From NCBI GenBank assembly GCA_964016885.1, contig OZ024742.1, positions 341,186,001 to 341,250,000 of the forward strand: DNA of 64,000 nt, read 5' to 3'. The notes below the pieces were generated by a model. The model had not been told where the DNA came from, made no database searches, and saw only the letters and a list, made by a program, of their open reading frames with translations. Each line of letters starts with the position of its first letter. The first letter of the stretch is position 1. A program made the position numbers and the translations under genes. Of this stretch, positions 37,398 to 49,496 are shown in pieces. The stretch comes from Eledone cirrhosa (Eukaryota).

Positions 37398-39472
37398 TTA
37401 CCGTACTTTTGGTAGAGGAGGGATGGTTTTTACATCCCTTTTCACTTGATCGTCTGGTGAAGGGACCGTTGAATCGTCCCTTCGGCTGGTCGTCGGCTCT
37501 TCTAAGAGAATGTCTGAGTATACTCTTCGATTGATGGTTCCTCCTAGGTCCCTGAAATCACCAACTGCGTTGGGGAATTTCGTTTTAATGTTTGTGTATT
37601 GTTTCTGTGCTATTTTTAGCAGTCTTATGTTAGTTGGCGTTTTGATTGGTGCTGGTATTATGTAGTCCTTTTGTGAAATGTCTGTGTGTTCAATTATGTA
37701 AGTCATTAGTTTCTTGTTGTGTGTATTTATTGCCGTGCATTTGTTTTTCTGGGGGTGGGGTGTGGTTCTGCTATTTTCTTGTCGTTGTTGCTGGGTGTGT
37801 GTGTTTTGTTGTTGTGTTTGCGATGTTGGTGCTTGTGGTGGTGGTGTTGAAGGTGTTGTTGGCGGTGGGGTTGTCGCCGGTGGTGATGGTGGTGCTAGTG
37901 TGGGTGGTGATGGTGTTGGTGTTGTTGCTGCTGTGGGTCTCTTTGCAGTAGACTTTACCCTTTTCTCATTTCTTTCCTCCCTTTTCAAAGGCGACGATGC
38001 GCTGCTTCTGCGTTTGTGCCTTCTTGCGACCTTTTGCCATCCCTCTCCCACCTCACACTCCATGTCTGATTCTGTGAGGTCGGGGAGGGGTACCAGCTCC
38101 ACTCTTTCACTTGTTGTTGGTGATGTTTGCACTGGAGTCTCTGTTGCAGCTGCATTTGGTATTGCTGTTGTTGTTGTTAATATTTCCACTGCTGCTGCTG
38201 TTTTTGATTTCCGTGGCGTGGGTATGGGTGCCACGGACCTATCGTTCCTGGTTGCCGCTTGTCCTGTTGCTGGTAGCCGTGGAGCCGGATTCGGAAGGAG
38301 GGGGGTTTTCTCCTTTCTCAGGGTCTTCTCGTTGCAGAAGGCCCTGAGGTGAGTCTTCGATCCACAGCGAAAGCATTTCGGGCGTTTGCCCTCAACACTT
38401 ATGGGCAGTTGAGTGCCGTTATCGAAGTCTATCACATCCGGGATAGCTTCGATGCACTCCTGGTTGGTTTGGATTAGCATCTCAATGGAGGAGCCGACCC
38501 AATCTTCTCTTACTTTTTTCTGTACTTGCAGTACAGTTGTTTTGTCCTCGATTCCGATTAGGACAGACGCGGCCAGCCAAGAAGGGGTCATTCCGGGGGG
38601 GGGGGGGCGTGGGACAGTTTGACCCTCACAATTTTTTGCCCGCAGTAGGAGGGCACCAACACCATTTCCTCGCTCCTTAGGGTCACTACTGATTGGGCCT
38701 TTGCCTCCTGGGGTGTGGCAAAAAGTACGTCTACGGTGGCATATTTTTTGCCTCGGGTGATGTGCGTTTTCCGCTGCCACACAGACCCCAAGGCTTTTTG
38801 TATTTGGGCCTCTGTGGCTCTTTCCACCCTACGGGATTTTGTACTTACTGTACGGTACGTGACCGTACAGTGCTCTTGGGTTTTGAAAAATTTTTCCGCT
38901 GCCTTGCAGATTGCTCGGTGTCCGTTCTTTGTCACCATCTTCTTCGCTTCCTCTAATTCCTCATTTGTTATGAGGATTGTTTCCAAGTTTTTCGCAATAC
39001 CTGCAAATGAGATTGGTTTTTCTCTGCTGTTGTTGTTGTCGTCAGAGCTGCTGGTACTTTTGTTGTTGCTGCAGGTACTACGACTACTGCCTCCGCCGCT
39101 GTTGCTGCTAATGCTGTTGTTGTTTATGCTGCTGGTGATGCTGTTGCGGCTGCTACTGTTGTTTTCATTGTCACTGTTGCAGTTGTTATTACGGCTGCTA
39201 CTGCTATTATTCCTGACGTCAGACGAATGAACTGGGTTTTCGTATTTCCCGCACACCTGTTTCGTCGCTGTCGTCGTCGTCGTGGAGAAACCTTGCACGC
39301 TTTGCACGAGACTTTTCTTTTCTTTCGTCACTTGCGAAAGAGAAGGGAGGGAGAGAGACACATTTAAAGAAGGGAGGGAGAGAGACAATCTTCTCTCTGC
39401 TGTAGTGATGATTGAGGAAGAAGAAGACGGAATGAGTGGGAGTGACGTATGAAATTTCTTTTTCGTAGCCAT
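37398..39472 (-). CDS. Tx1-like ORF1 (~690 aa), single frameshift in a G13 run at 38595-38607
   Basis: Two overlapping ORFs join at the homopolymer. Contains the CFRCGSKTHLRAFC knuckle and the aaacaacATGGCT start shared with copies A and B. Confidence 0.88.
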
Positions 39473-39864
39473 GTTGTTTTTTTGTTTAAAATGAAATTTT
39501 GGGTACAAAACCCCAATAACTGGTTATTTAACCCCGAAGGGCCAAATAACGGACAGAAAGACCCCTCTCACGAGGAGGAGGGTGTCTTTATCAACAATTT
39601 GGTTCAAGTTTTAAACAATTTACAATTGTTTTAACGGTTAAAAATTACTATACCTTACAGAGCCGAGCCTCCGTCAACCATGGCATTCAATAATAATAAT
39701 AATAATACAATGGGAAGACGTGTTATGGAACTTTTCCATGGTGTTCCAGGTAAGCGCTCCCTAAGGAAGTAGCTAGATATTCAGGGAGTGTATATATACA
39801 CTCCGTGTGTGTATATATATATATATATTGGAAAATGTGTGAAGTCCTTGGTACAGTTAGGTAT

Positions 39865-40405
39865 ATTTGAAAAAAAGGAAAAGAATGAATTTACTTGTTG
39901 TTCTAAATAATTTGATTTAATTTTATAATATTATAATATTTTGAGTTGGCAGATCTAGTAGGTTCTTTGTTAACTTCGGTGGGAAGAATTTTAAATATTC
40001 CTGGTTAACCTTCTTTGTGTCTGTGTGTTCGCGTGTGTGTGTATGCTTTAATTCCTTTAAATATTCATCAACATTCATTAACACCACACCTCAGACACAT
40101 CCGAATCTCTTTTATATATAGTCACACATCACAACGCAAGTTGATCTCAGTTAGACAATCGCCACCGACGAATGCGAGAAAGTTCTCCAAGAAAGTTAAC
40201 CAGGAATCTTTAAAATTCTTCCCACCGAAGTTAACAAAGAGCTTACTAGATCTACCAACTCGGGGTCGATAAAATAAAGTACCAGTAATACACTGCGATA
40301 ATTGCTGGCCTTGTGTCAAAAGTAGAAACAATTATTATATTATAAAATTAAATCAAATTATTTAGCACTACAAGTGAAGTCATTCTTTTCCTTTCTTTCA
40401 AATAT
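39865..40405. repeat. Inverted repeat (39865-40015 / 40188-40405) with a SINE B fragment in the right arm (40260-40335)
   Basis: gttggcagatctagtaggttctttgttaacttcggtgggaagaa is mirrored at 40215-40260. Confidence 0.88.
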
Positions 40406-40829
40406 ATATATATATAAAGTTTTTCTGTAAACAGTTAATTTGCAATCGAATTTATTGATTGGTATATTGGTATTTCATTTGATATATACACTATTCTACC
40501 AGTCGGGATTCCTCCACTGACCAACGTTTTCCCACCATTCCTCTCTTTAAAAAAATACCTGCTCAGAGACTCTGGGATTTACATTTTCTTACCTGGCAGC
40601 CAAGTGCCACCGTTTGAGAATCACTTGCTTACAAGATTCACCATTTATATTTCAAAAATTCTAATAAAATATTTGATTGCCAACAAGCTGTAAAATATGA
40701 GGTGTGTCTGTATTTATTCGGTAGTGGGACACAATATGATTTTCTCTATATTTTATTGCAGGGTAAAAAAAATAAATGTGATATTGAAATTGCATTTATA
40801 ATCGGTAAATTGAAAAAGAAATTGAGGAG

Positions 40830-41077
40830 TGTTTGCGTGTCAAAATGTGTGTGTCGTCTTGTGTGTGTGGTGTGTTGTGTGTGTTGTGTGTTGTGTGTGT
40901 TGTATGTTGTGTATGTGTTGTCTGTGTGTGTGAGTGTTGTATGTTGTGTGTTGTGTGTGTATGTTGTGTGTTGTGTGTGTGTGTGTGTGTTGTCTGTGTG
41001 TGTCTGTGTGTGTTGTGTGTTGTGTGTGTGTGTGTGTTGTCTGTGTGTGTCTGTGTGTGTTGTGTGTTGTGTGTGTG

Positions 41078-41116
<39 letters not shown>

Positions 41117-41240
41117 GTCTGTTGTGTGTGTGTGTGTGTGTGTGTGTTTGTGTGTGTGTGTTGTGTGTTGTGTGTTGTCTGTTGTGTATTGTATGTATGT
41201 GTGTGTGTGTGTTATGTGTTATGTGTTGTGTCTGTGAATG
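40830..41240. repeat. Degenerate (TG)n / (TGT) low-complexity tract
   Basis: Direct inspection. Confidence 0.97.
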
Positions 41241-41277
41241 TCTATGTCGGTGTTTATATCTATCTATGTATGTGCCG

Positions 41278-41870
41278 CTAGAATTGGTTGAGGACTTCCT
41301 GTATTTTGGAGCAAAGATTGGGAATACGGAAGATGATGTGGTTGAGAGGAATAGCAAATCCTGGGCGGCGTGCCACAGCTTGAGATCGGTGTGGAAGTCG
41401 GACCTTCGTAAAGACCTGAAAATCCGCCTCTTCATTGCCGTAATGGAGTCTGTGCTGCTGTACGGGTCTGAGACTTGGACACTGACCAAGAAACTCACTC
41501 AGATGGTGGATGGGTGCTACACGAGAATGCTGAGGATGACTCTGAATATTAATCAGTATACACTGAGGATGAAAAACTCAGAGCTGTATGGGAGCCTCCC
41601 AAAGGTCAGCTCAAATGTGACACAGAGGAGATTGAGGTTAGCTGGACATGCTCACTGACATCCAGAGTTGACATTGCACTCAGTGCTCCTGTGGGAGACC
41701 TTACATGGACACACTGGAAGAGGAAGACCAAGGTTAACGTATGTTGATGCCCTAAGGACAGACACTGGTCTGTTGGAGACGCAGGAAATGGCAGCGATAA
41801 TGAGGGACAGAGACCGCTGGAGAGAACTCGTCCATTGATCTCGGGAATTTTACCCGCCCTAGAATAGAAT
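41278..41870 (+). mobile_element. RTE-clade LINE 3' fragment
   Basis: VEDFLYFG, KIRLF.A..ESVLLYGSETWTL, RRLRLAGH, GRPRLTY, DRDRWR; short tagaa tail. Confidence 0.88.
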
Positions 41871-42237
41871 GTATGTGTCTATCTCTGTGTCTGTGTCATT
41901 TGTGTTATGTATATAAACGATAGTGTTGGTGTTTCGTGTTTTTCCTGTTTCATTAACTCATGTACGTTTGTAGTTTTACGTCTATATATTAATGTTCTGT
42001 CCGTCATCTCTCTCTCCATTGACAGCGTTCGGCTTGTCAGACACTGTCACCCCGGATGGATCAGCAGTACCGTTGGTAGGGGTCGAAACTGTCCACGTCC
42101 ATTTCAAAGGCCGATAGACATGCAGTGCTGTGTCCTTCGTATGTATATATATATATATATTTAAAAAACAATTTTTGAGGGTCTCCCCTTAAAATATTGT
42201 TTTTCGTTTTGTTTTGTTTCCGTAATTTCCTTAAGAT

Positions 42238-42322
<85 letters not shown>

Positions 42323-42323
42323 T

Positions 42324-42387
<64 letters not shown>

Positions 42388-42464
42388 CTTAAGGAAATTA
42401 ACAAAGAACGGACGAAACAACGAACGGAAAGAAAACAAAACGAAAAACAATATATATATATATA

Positions 42465-42718
42465 GTATTTCTTTTAGTAAAGGTAAAAGAAAGAAGTGTG
42501 CTCTATGTATAGTACAGAGCTAATTAATTATGTAATAAATAACACAATATAATTATTCCATTACCCCAGGCGATGGAATCATTTCTGTTAGAATCGTCTA
42601 ACTTCGCGAAAGCTGGGGTGATGCAATGATTATATTGTGTTGTTTATTACATAATTATATAGCTCTGTACCATACATAGAGCACTCTTCTTTCTTTTACC
42701 TTTTCTAAAAGAAATACC
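42465..42718. repeat. Fold-back palindrome (~105-bp arms); family also at 25000-25140
   Basis: gtgctctatgtatagtacagagcta...ttaccccag / ctggggtga...tagctctgtaccatacatagagcac. Confidence 0.88.
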
Positions 42719-42766
<48 letters not shown>

Positions 42767-43074
42767 ATAATAATAAATTTGAAGACTAAAATCCCAAGAG
42801 GGCTCAATAAGGATAAATATATATCAAATATATAAGAACCGTAGAGCAAATATTTATTAAAATAACAGATTAAAGTTTAAGCAAAGAATCACTGCTTTCA
42901 CCCTTAACGCACCCTATTGATTTAACCCAATTGGTCAGTAGCTTTTGCCACAGCCTATCACGCGCACGCGTATTCTTTCCCGCGTTTGAATTTTTCCCCA
43001 TAACGGCATTCCTATGTTTTAACGACAATACAACTTTCTCCGGCTTAGCCTGTTCCCCCCCCTTTTGGAACTTG

Positions 43075-43108
43075 CCCCCGTTGATTGGCGTGAGCCCGAA
43101 ATATTGGG
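43075..43108 (+). ncRNA. Minimal hammerhead-like motif, CCGUUGA core, within a PLE 3' UTR remnant (42890-43250)
   Basis: ccc CCGTTGA t tggc-gtga-gccc GAAA ta TT ggg. A homologue lies at 47842. Confidence 0.55.
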
Positions 43109-43249
43109 ATTAAATCTCCACTACGGTAACCCTTCTACCTTTGTTTTGTTTTCCTTTTTCGTTTCTCTCAATTTTCACTTTTCTCCTATTTCTCACTCAC
43201 TTCCTACCTCGAGATTTCCCATCTGCATTGTTGTGGCTTTCTAAACTAC

Positions 43250-43308
<59 letters not shown>

Positions 43309-43510
43309 TAGCAGGTCCAGTACCGTCAAAATTGAAAAAATTGTAATATCTATACATAATATAAAAAAGAAATGTGTGTTTGTTGGTTCCTTCGCGCTCA
43401 CTGACACAAGTGGTACAAATACACAGCTAACGTCTAAATTTTTATATTGTTTTCAAAATACAATAAAAATGGCGTGAACATTGCACTACAATAGGAGGGA
43501 ACATGCAATA

Positions 43511-43554
43511 GTACCACTGATGATGTTGCAGATGTGCAACGAAAGAACTTTGTA
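43511..43554 (+). ncRNA. Type I hammerhead motif
   Basis: tacca CTGATGA t gttgca-gatg-tgcaac GAAA gaac TT tgta. Confidence 0.75.
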
Positions 43555-43725
43555 AGACTATATATATATATATTTATATCTGTATTTTTAACAGTTGGTC
43601 AGTCTATGATAATCATTGATTGCCAAATAAATTAACTATGTATATATAAAAGATACAGAAGCGAAAACCAACCAAACAGTGAGTGTGTTCTGTTATTATT
43701 TCTGGCAATATTATTACACAAATAT

Positions 43726-43915
43726 GGTGGATTGGCAGTATCGGTAGAGGGTCGGATGCCATGCTTTGCAGCACTGTTACGTCCCTTTACGGACTGAGTT
43801 CAAATCCCGCCGAGGTTAACACTGCCTTTCATCCTTACGGGGTCGATAAAATAAAGTACCAGTAACACACTGGGATAATTGCTGGCCTTGTGCCAAAAGT
43901 AGAAACAATTATTAC
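43726..43915 (+). mobile_element. SINE family B, near full length, imperfect ~16-bp TSD
   Basis: A-box tggcagtatcggt and B-box gagttcaaatcc. Flanks are attattacacaaatat / attattacaacaatat. Confidence 0.9.
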
Positions 43916-43994
43916 AACAATATAACCCGCACCAAGTATAACAATATTTGTTTCGTCACAAGATTTCATATAAAAAATGTCGCAAAACAAACTC

Positions 43995-44030
<36 letters not shown>

Positions 44031-44035
44031 GTTTG

Positions 44036-44122
<87 letters not shown>

Positions 44123-44290
44123 TGGTGGAACACTGGAAGGTAATATCCGTAGTGGTAGAGCACTCAGTCCAAGGGACGAGTTAGATAGAAGTGGTTACAC
44201 AACAGTTAGTTATGGTGAACTAACTGTTGTGTAATATATATATATATATATACATATATATATGAATTTGTCTATATATATATATATATG

Positions 44291-44337
<47 letters not shown>

Positions 44338-44494
44338 TTGAAATATATATAATGAAATAAATATGGTTTTATAAATATAGTTTCCATTTATTAATATCGT
44401 ATATATGTATATATATATTTTTAAAAATGCAACACGTGGTTCGAATCATTCACAGATTTGCATTTGCTCTGTAAACACAGATACTTATTTTCTT

Positions 44495-44587
44495 CTCCTT
44501 TGGTGAACATCCAAGAATTTAACTGCTGTGATTTACGGATTAATAGGTGAAATATATTTCTTACTTAAAGAAATATATACAAAGGAG
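44495..44587 (+). ncRNA. Type I hammerhead motif with G3-C8 core (GUGAACA)
   Basis: ctcctttg GTGAACA tcc...gga ttaa...ttaa a GAAA tata TA caaaggag. Stem I is 8 bp. Same family as 57774 and 58323. Confidence 0.8.
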
Positions 44588-44849
44588 ATTAATCATTTAA
44601 AAGGTATCTATATTTGAAGTTCTAGTCAAACTTTAATTAGTTACCTACCTAGCTAAGTGTGCTTACATTCTTTACACATTATTCCCTGTGATTGTTTCAT
44701 GTATTTATTTTATATATATATATATCAATCTATTTCTAGCTGATATATATATATATATATATATATACAGGTGGAGGGTGGGGGTATCCCGGGTTCAATC
44801 TGGGGTAACCACAGTAAGGTACTCAATACATAGCAGAGTATAAATGTTT

Positions 44850-44948
44850 AATATAGAAATGGCTTCTACAGGACTAGAATCGTTTCATTCGAAGGAAATC
44901 ACCAGGAAATTCTTTCGAATGAAACAGTTGTAGTCCTGTGGAACCACT

Positions 44949-44957
<9 letters not shown>
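44850..44957. repeat. Fold-back palindrome made of two copies of the 19060-type HHR
   Basis: ggcttctacaggactagaatcgtttcattcgaaggaaat / attctttcgaatgaaacagttgtagtcctgtggaacc. Confidence 0.85.
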
Positions 44958-45010
<53 letters not shown>

Positions 45011-45049
45011 GATAATAATGAAATTATTGTGTAAAGTGCTATATATTTA

Positions 45050-48000
45050 TACACCCGTATATCACCACCACACTTTCTTCCCTATCTTACTTACCCCACC
45101 CCTATTAACCCCACCTCACCCTCCTACCTTGAGTCTACCTTTATATATAATGTGTTTGCTACTGAAAAGTTAGTTCTTGTCTGATGACCCAGTGATAAAC
45201 AGGCGAATGTCCAGAATAACAAGTCTTAAATATAGATTTAGCCAACGAGAACATCGACACTAACGAACAGACGGACCAGAACAACTTGGAAAACAACAAT
45301 GTAACAACTGCCACCGCCGCATCCACCAACACCGAGCCACACCTCAACGATGCGACGCACCTGGTCACCGACCTAACCGACACTCTCACGAGCGACGAGC
45401 TGAAACTCCTACACCTCGGACCCAAGTTCATCGTCTCACAACGACACGACGACAGACTCAAACTCGACATCGAGGCCAACTTTTGTCGAGCCGCTTACCA
45501 ACTTAAATGCGTGACCACCATCAACAGTGCCAAAGAAAATAACAGCGCCCACGCAACCCACCCCAAGTTCCTCAATTACCACCCCGACAAACCACTCCAC
45601 CCCCCATCCACCAACCACGAACTCGATACTAAACTCATCAGGCTTAAACACTCCATCTCGGATATACTTCACAAACACACACACACACGCACAACACACA
45701 ACTTCACCAAATCTTAACTCACCACTCTCTCCAACCTAAAATCGAAGAACCTCATCTACCTCCCCTCCGACAATGGAAAAGAATTCTGCGTCATCAGCAG
45801 AGAGGCCTACAAGACCCTGGCCCTCCAACACCTTGACGATGACAACCTCTACTCCAAGGTCATGTGAATCACTCCCGCGCAAATAGAAGAGCACATCAAC
45901 GCCGCCTGGACCAACATCTGCGACTGGCGGAAGCTCCCGAAGAAGCTGAGATACAACCTCCTCACGAGGCACAGCAGACTACCCGCCTTCTAACACCTCG
46001 TGAAAACACACAAACAGGGACCCGACCTGAAGATCAGGCCCATTGTATCGAGTGTGGAAGGACCACTCTACAAAATTTCATGGCTCCTAGCCAGAATACT
46101 CAAACCCATCTTAGACACCTTGCCGGGACACGTTTTCAGCTCCGAGGAGGTGTTGAAGCGCCTGCATCAAATGGATCCCGACACCAGAAAGAATATCAGA
46201 TATGCCTTCAGCCTTGATGTAATCGCTCTCTACACCTCGGTCTCGGCACTCCCGGCCATTAATATACTGATGGAACGCATCCAATCCACCGACCTACACT
46301 GCTTCGGGCTCACCACCACTGACATCTACCAACTCCTATCCATCGTCGTCGACAACATCTACTTCGGATTCCTTGACCAAACATACCAACAAACCTCGGG
46401 ACTGCCCATGGGATCAAGCCTGTCGGGTGTGCTAGCGATCTCTTACCTGGACAGCCTCGAGCGCAAGGCACTCAACGCCTGCCACCCCAACGCCGTCGCC
46501 TTTTTCTCAAGGTAACGTGGACGATATCCTCATCCTCACATCTTCCCAAGACATGGCGAACAGAATCTATGAGACGTTCAACAATACGGACGAGAACATT
46601 GACTTCAGTGTTGAACACTCCAACGACGACGGGTCACTTGCCCTCCTCTACTTCCGAATCAACATCGCGGAACAGGGAGGGATCCACTGCAACTTCTACC
46701 GAAAGGCAGCCTGCAGGGACCTGTTCGTCCACTACAATCCGCCCTCCCTAACAGTGCCAAAAGCGGATACATCACGAACGAGATCGCGCGAATCAAAAAC
46801 AGATGCAGCGATCCCGCGAGTGGTGTCACTCATACCAAGCGATTCCTCGAGGTGCTGGAGACGAACGGGTACCCTAACTCGCTCACAGACAGAGTAGGAG
46901 ACACCAGATACAAGAGACAGAAAAACACCCAAGGCAAGTGCTTCCTTAAAATGCCACACCAGGGCGAGAATACCACCAACGCTATCCGCAAGGCTATACG
47001 GAGGGAGGGCCTCGACATCCACCTGGCCCACTCGGGCCCCTCCCTGCGAAGATGCCTCTCCAGGAAACCCGGGAAATCAACTGACGCGTGCTCCCTCAGA
47101 GACTGCTGATGTGCCATGCAAACTGTTGCCTACGCACATACGTCGTGTATAAGATAGAATGTAACAAGTGCAACCAATACTATATAGGTAGCACAATCAG
47201 GCCGTTGCACATCCGGATCAAGGAGCACACTAACACCAGGACCTCGTCTTTCCGGAAACAAAGCCAAATGCGGAAAAAAAGACGGAAGCCCTATTGTCAC
47301 AATTCTAGCGACAGAAAGAAACGTCGGCACATTACGTATCAAGGAAGCACTTTGGATCAAACGCCTAGGGCCACAATTAAACAACCAATCCGAGAGAAGC
47401 GAAATGAGGTGGTTGGTTTAAGTTAACAAACGATGCAGCACACACACACACACACACATGCGAGACAGCAACACACGCACACACACACACACACACACAG
47501 TAGCATTCGACCATACGAACATACACTGCCAATAGAGAGGAACAAGGCAACAACACACGCACACACACACACACACACACACTCAAGCGAGACAACTACA
47601 CACGCACACACACACAGAGTAACATTCACCAAACAGGCAGAGAATACTATGGACTGACAGCTAGCGCCACCCTACTCCCACAATTGAAAGAACTACTTCG
47701 GCCGCTGACCTCTGCTTGACCGACCCCATTTCACGCGCACGCGCGCTCTGCTGGATACCTCAAATATTCAAAACAACTAACAGCGGAGGACACGTTTCGC
47801 ACCTTTCCGAGAGACAACCTCCCCCCCCCCCCGGAAAAAAACCCCAGTTGATGGATGTGAATCCGAAATATATAGGGACAATTAAATCTCTCCCAAGGTA
47901 ACTCTATCTCGTGTTATTTTTATTTTTATTTTTATCCTTTACGCTCTTTCTTTCATTTCTCTACACGCTACAGTCTTATACACGCCACGCATCTCAACAT

Positions 48001-48140
48001 ACACCTACTTACATCTCTCTCTCCACCACCGGATCTTATTACACGGAGATTTACCCATCTGCATTGTCGAGGCATCCAAACGACTTAAAGAAATTTACCT
48101 TATTATTCCACAATGCTTAAAAGCAAACTTCAATACTCTC
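45050..48140 (+). mobile_element. Penelope/Poseidon-like PLE, near full length, decayed
   Basis: LL.LGPKF, KTHK...IRPIVS, FSLDVIALYTSV, GLPMGSSLS, broken YVDD, VVYKIEC..C...YIGSTIRPL..RIKEH. A degenerate HHR lies at 45174-45215, upstream of the ORF. Confidence 0.92.
47842..47877 (+). ncRNA. Minimal hammerhead-like motif, CAGUUGA core, PLE 3' UTR
   Basis: ccc CAGTTGA t ggat-gtga-atcc GAAA tata TA ggg. Confidence 0.55.
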
Positions 48141-48161
48141 ATATATATATATATATATATA

Positions 48162-48360
48162 TATAACGAAGGAGTTGTGGTAAGGAACCAGATGGACCAT
48201 AATGCACCAGTATACTCAATACTTAGGGTAGTAGAGTGGGTAATAGGAAAATGTATGACCCCGACGGCAGAGCTCAAGCCGTTTTGACGGTTATTTCTGG
48301 ACTCAGAAATATCCGTCGAAACGGCTTGAGCTCTGCCGTCGGGGTCATACATTTTCCTAT
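48162..48360. mobile_element. 3'-end fragment of the 54107-55785 PLE family with a ~120-bp fold-back (48243-48360)
   Basis: Reverse complement of 55640-55785. The palindrome centre at ~48302 lies in HHR stem II. Confidence 0.9.
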
Positions 48361-48585
48361 ATATATATATATATATATATACACAAAGCTATCCACTGTA
48401 AGTTGTGGGGTCTATTCTGCATGAAGAACTCGATGTAATCCATATGTTGAAAATGTTGTAGGTTAATATAAATCTCAGAAAACAATAAAACATTAAAAGG
48501 AAGACAGAGTCATCATATAAGTTAAAACAATGAAATAAAGTGAAGTATATCTCTAATAACTTGATTTTTTATTTCATTGTTTTAA

Positions 48586-48628
<43 letters not shown>

Positions 48629-48657
48629 GTGGTTACACAACAATTAGTTCACCATAC

Positions 48658-48695
48658 CGAGAACAATTGTTTCACCTTAGCGGATTCTCAGCTCG
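48658..48695 (-). ncRNA. Hammerhead motif with damaged core, in a short repeat also present at 44120-44235
   Basis: cgag CTGAGA atcc-gctaa-ggt GAAA caattg TT ctcg, enclosed by tagaagtggttacac / gtgtaaccacttcta. Confidence 0.65.
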
Positions 48696-48776
48696 ATTAC
48701 GTGTAACCACTTCTACCTAACTCGTCCCATGGACTGAGTGCTCTACCACTACGGATATTACCTTCCAGTGTTCTAC

Positions 48777-48827
<51 letters not shown>

Positions 48828-48918
48828 TAAAAAAAAAATATATATATATATTAATTAAAAAAAATATATATATATATACGAGTATATATATTTGACGTAA
48901 CAAAGCGATATTTGTGGC

Positions 48919-48949
<31 letters not shown>

Positions 48950-48956
48950 TATATAC

Positions 48957-49043
<87 letters not shown>

Positions 49044-49496
49044 AGAACAATTGATTATGTACATCATATGTTACTATGATACATATTATTATGGCGCTTG
49101 AAGAGAATAATCACAAGCTACAAGTAGAGGTGATTGTATGTGGGCGTGACCATTTGGTAGAGAAGCGTTTTAGGCGTTGGGTTATATAAACAATTTTACC
49201 TTCGTCATCAGGTGATGGTGATGATGATATTCATATTTATATATTTATATATATATATATATATATATATGTATTTCGTTTCTGAATTTGTTTAGCAAGA
49301 TTCTTTATCTGAAATCGTGTGTTGAAACCGATATTGTTATACTTTGGGAGGGTCATGTTGCCAATAAGAAACACACGCACCAGTTGCTTTCACTTCAATT
49401 TATTATATATTTATAAATTTATAAAGTTACAAATTTACAAACTTATAAATTTCTGGTTGGTTGGTTGGTTCCACAACCAGATAGTTGTTTATATAT

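Larger units (their letters stand above)
33681..39689 (-). mobile_element. L1/Tx1-clade LINE copy D, full length, young
   Basis: 5' UTR, ORF1, ORF2 and 3' UTR all present, flanked by (AAT)n at both ends. Confidence 0.96.
43410..43995 (+). mobile_element. Solo 3' UTR/pLTR of the PLE family at 1942-4146, interrupted by SINE B
   Basis: Aligns with 3790-4146. Confidence 0.85.

Noticed and set aside
40702-41658. 318-aa Cys/Val-rich ORF fused to an RT-like tail
   Set aside because: Chance read-through from a TG tract into an RTE 3' fragment.
42040-42105. cggatgga...gtcGAAAc...gTC hammerhead-like string
   Set aside because: The core is too divergent and stem I does not pair.
48415-48475. atgaaga...gttGAAAatgttgtag
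   Set aside because: It needs several indels to fit an HHR and has no second copy for support.
49160-49216. Minus-strand CTGATGA (also 61764-61770 minus and 60310 plus)
   Set aside because: There is no convincing GAAA-stem III-UH-stem I' arrangement.
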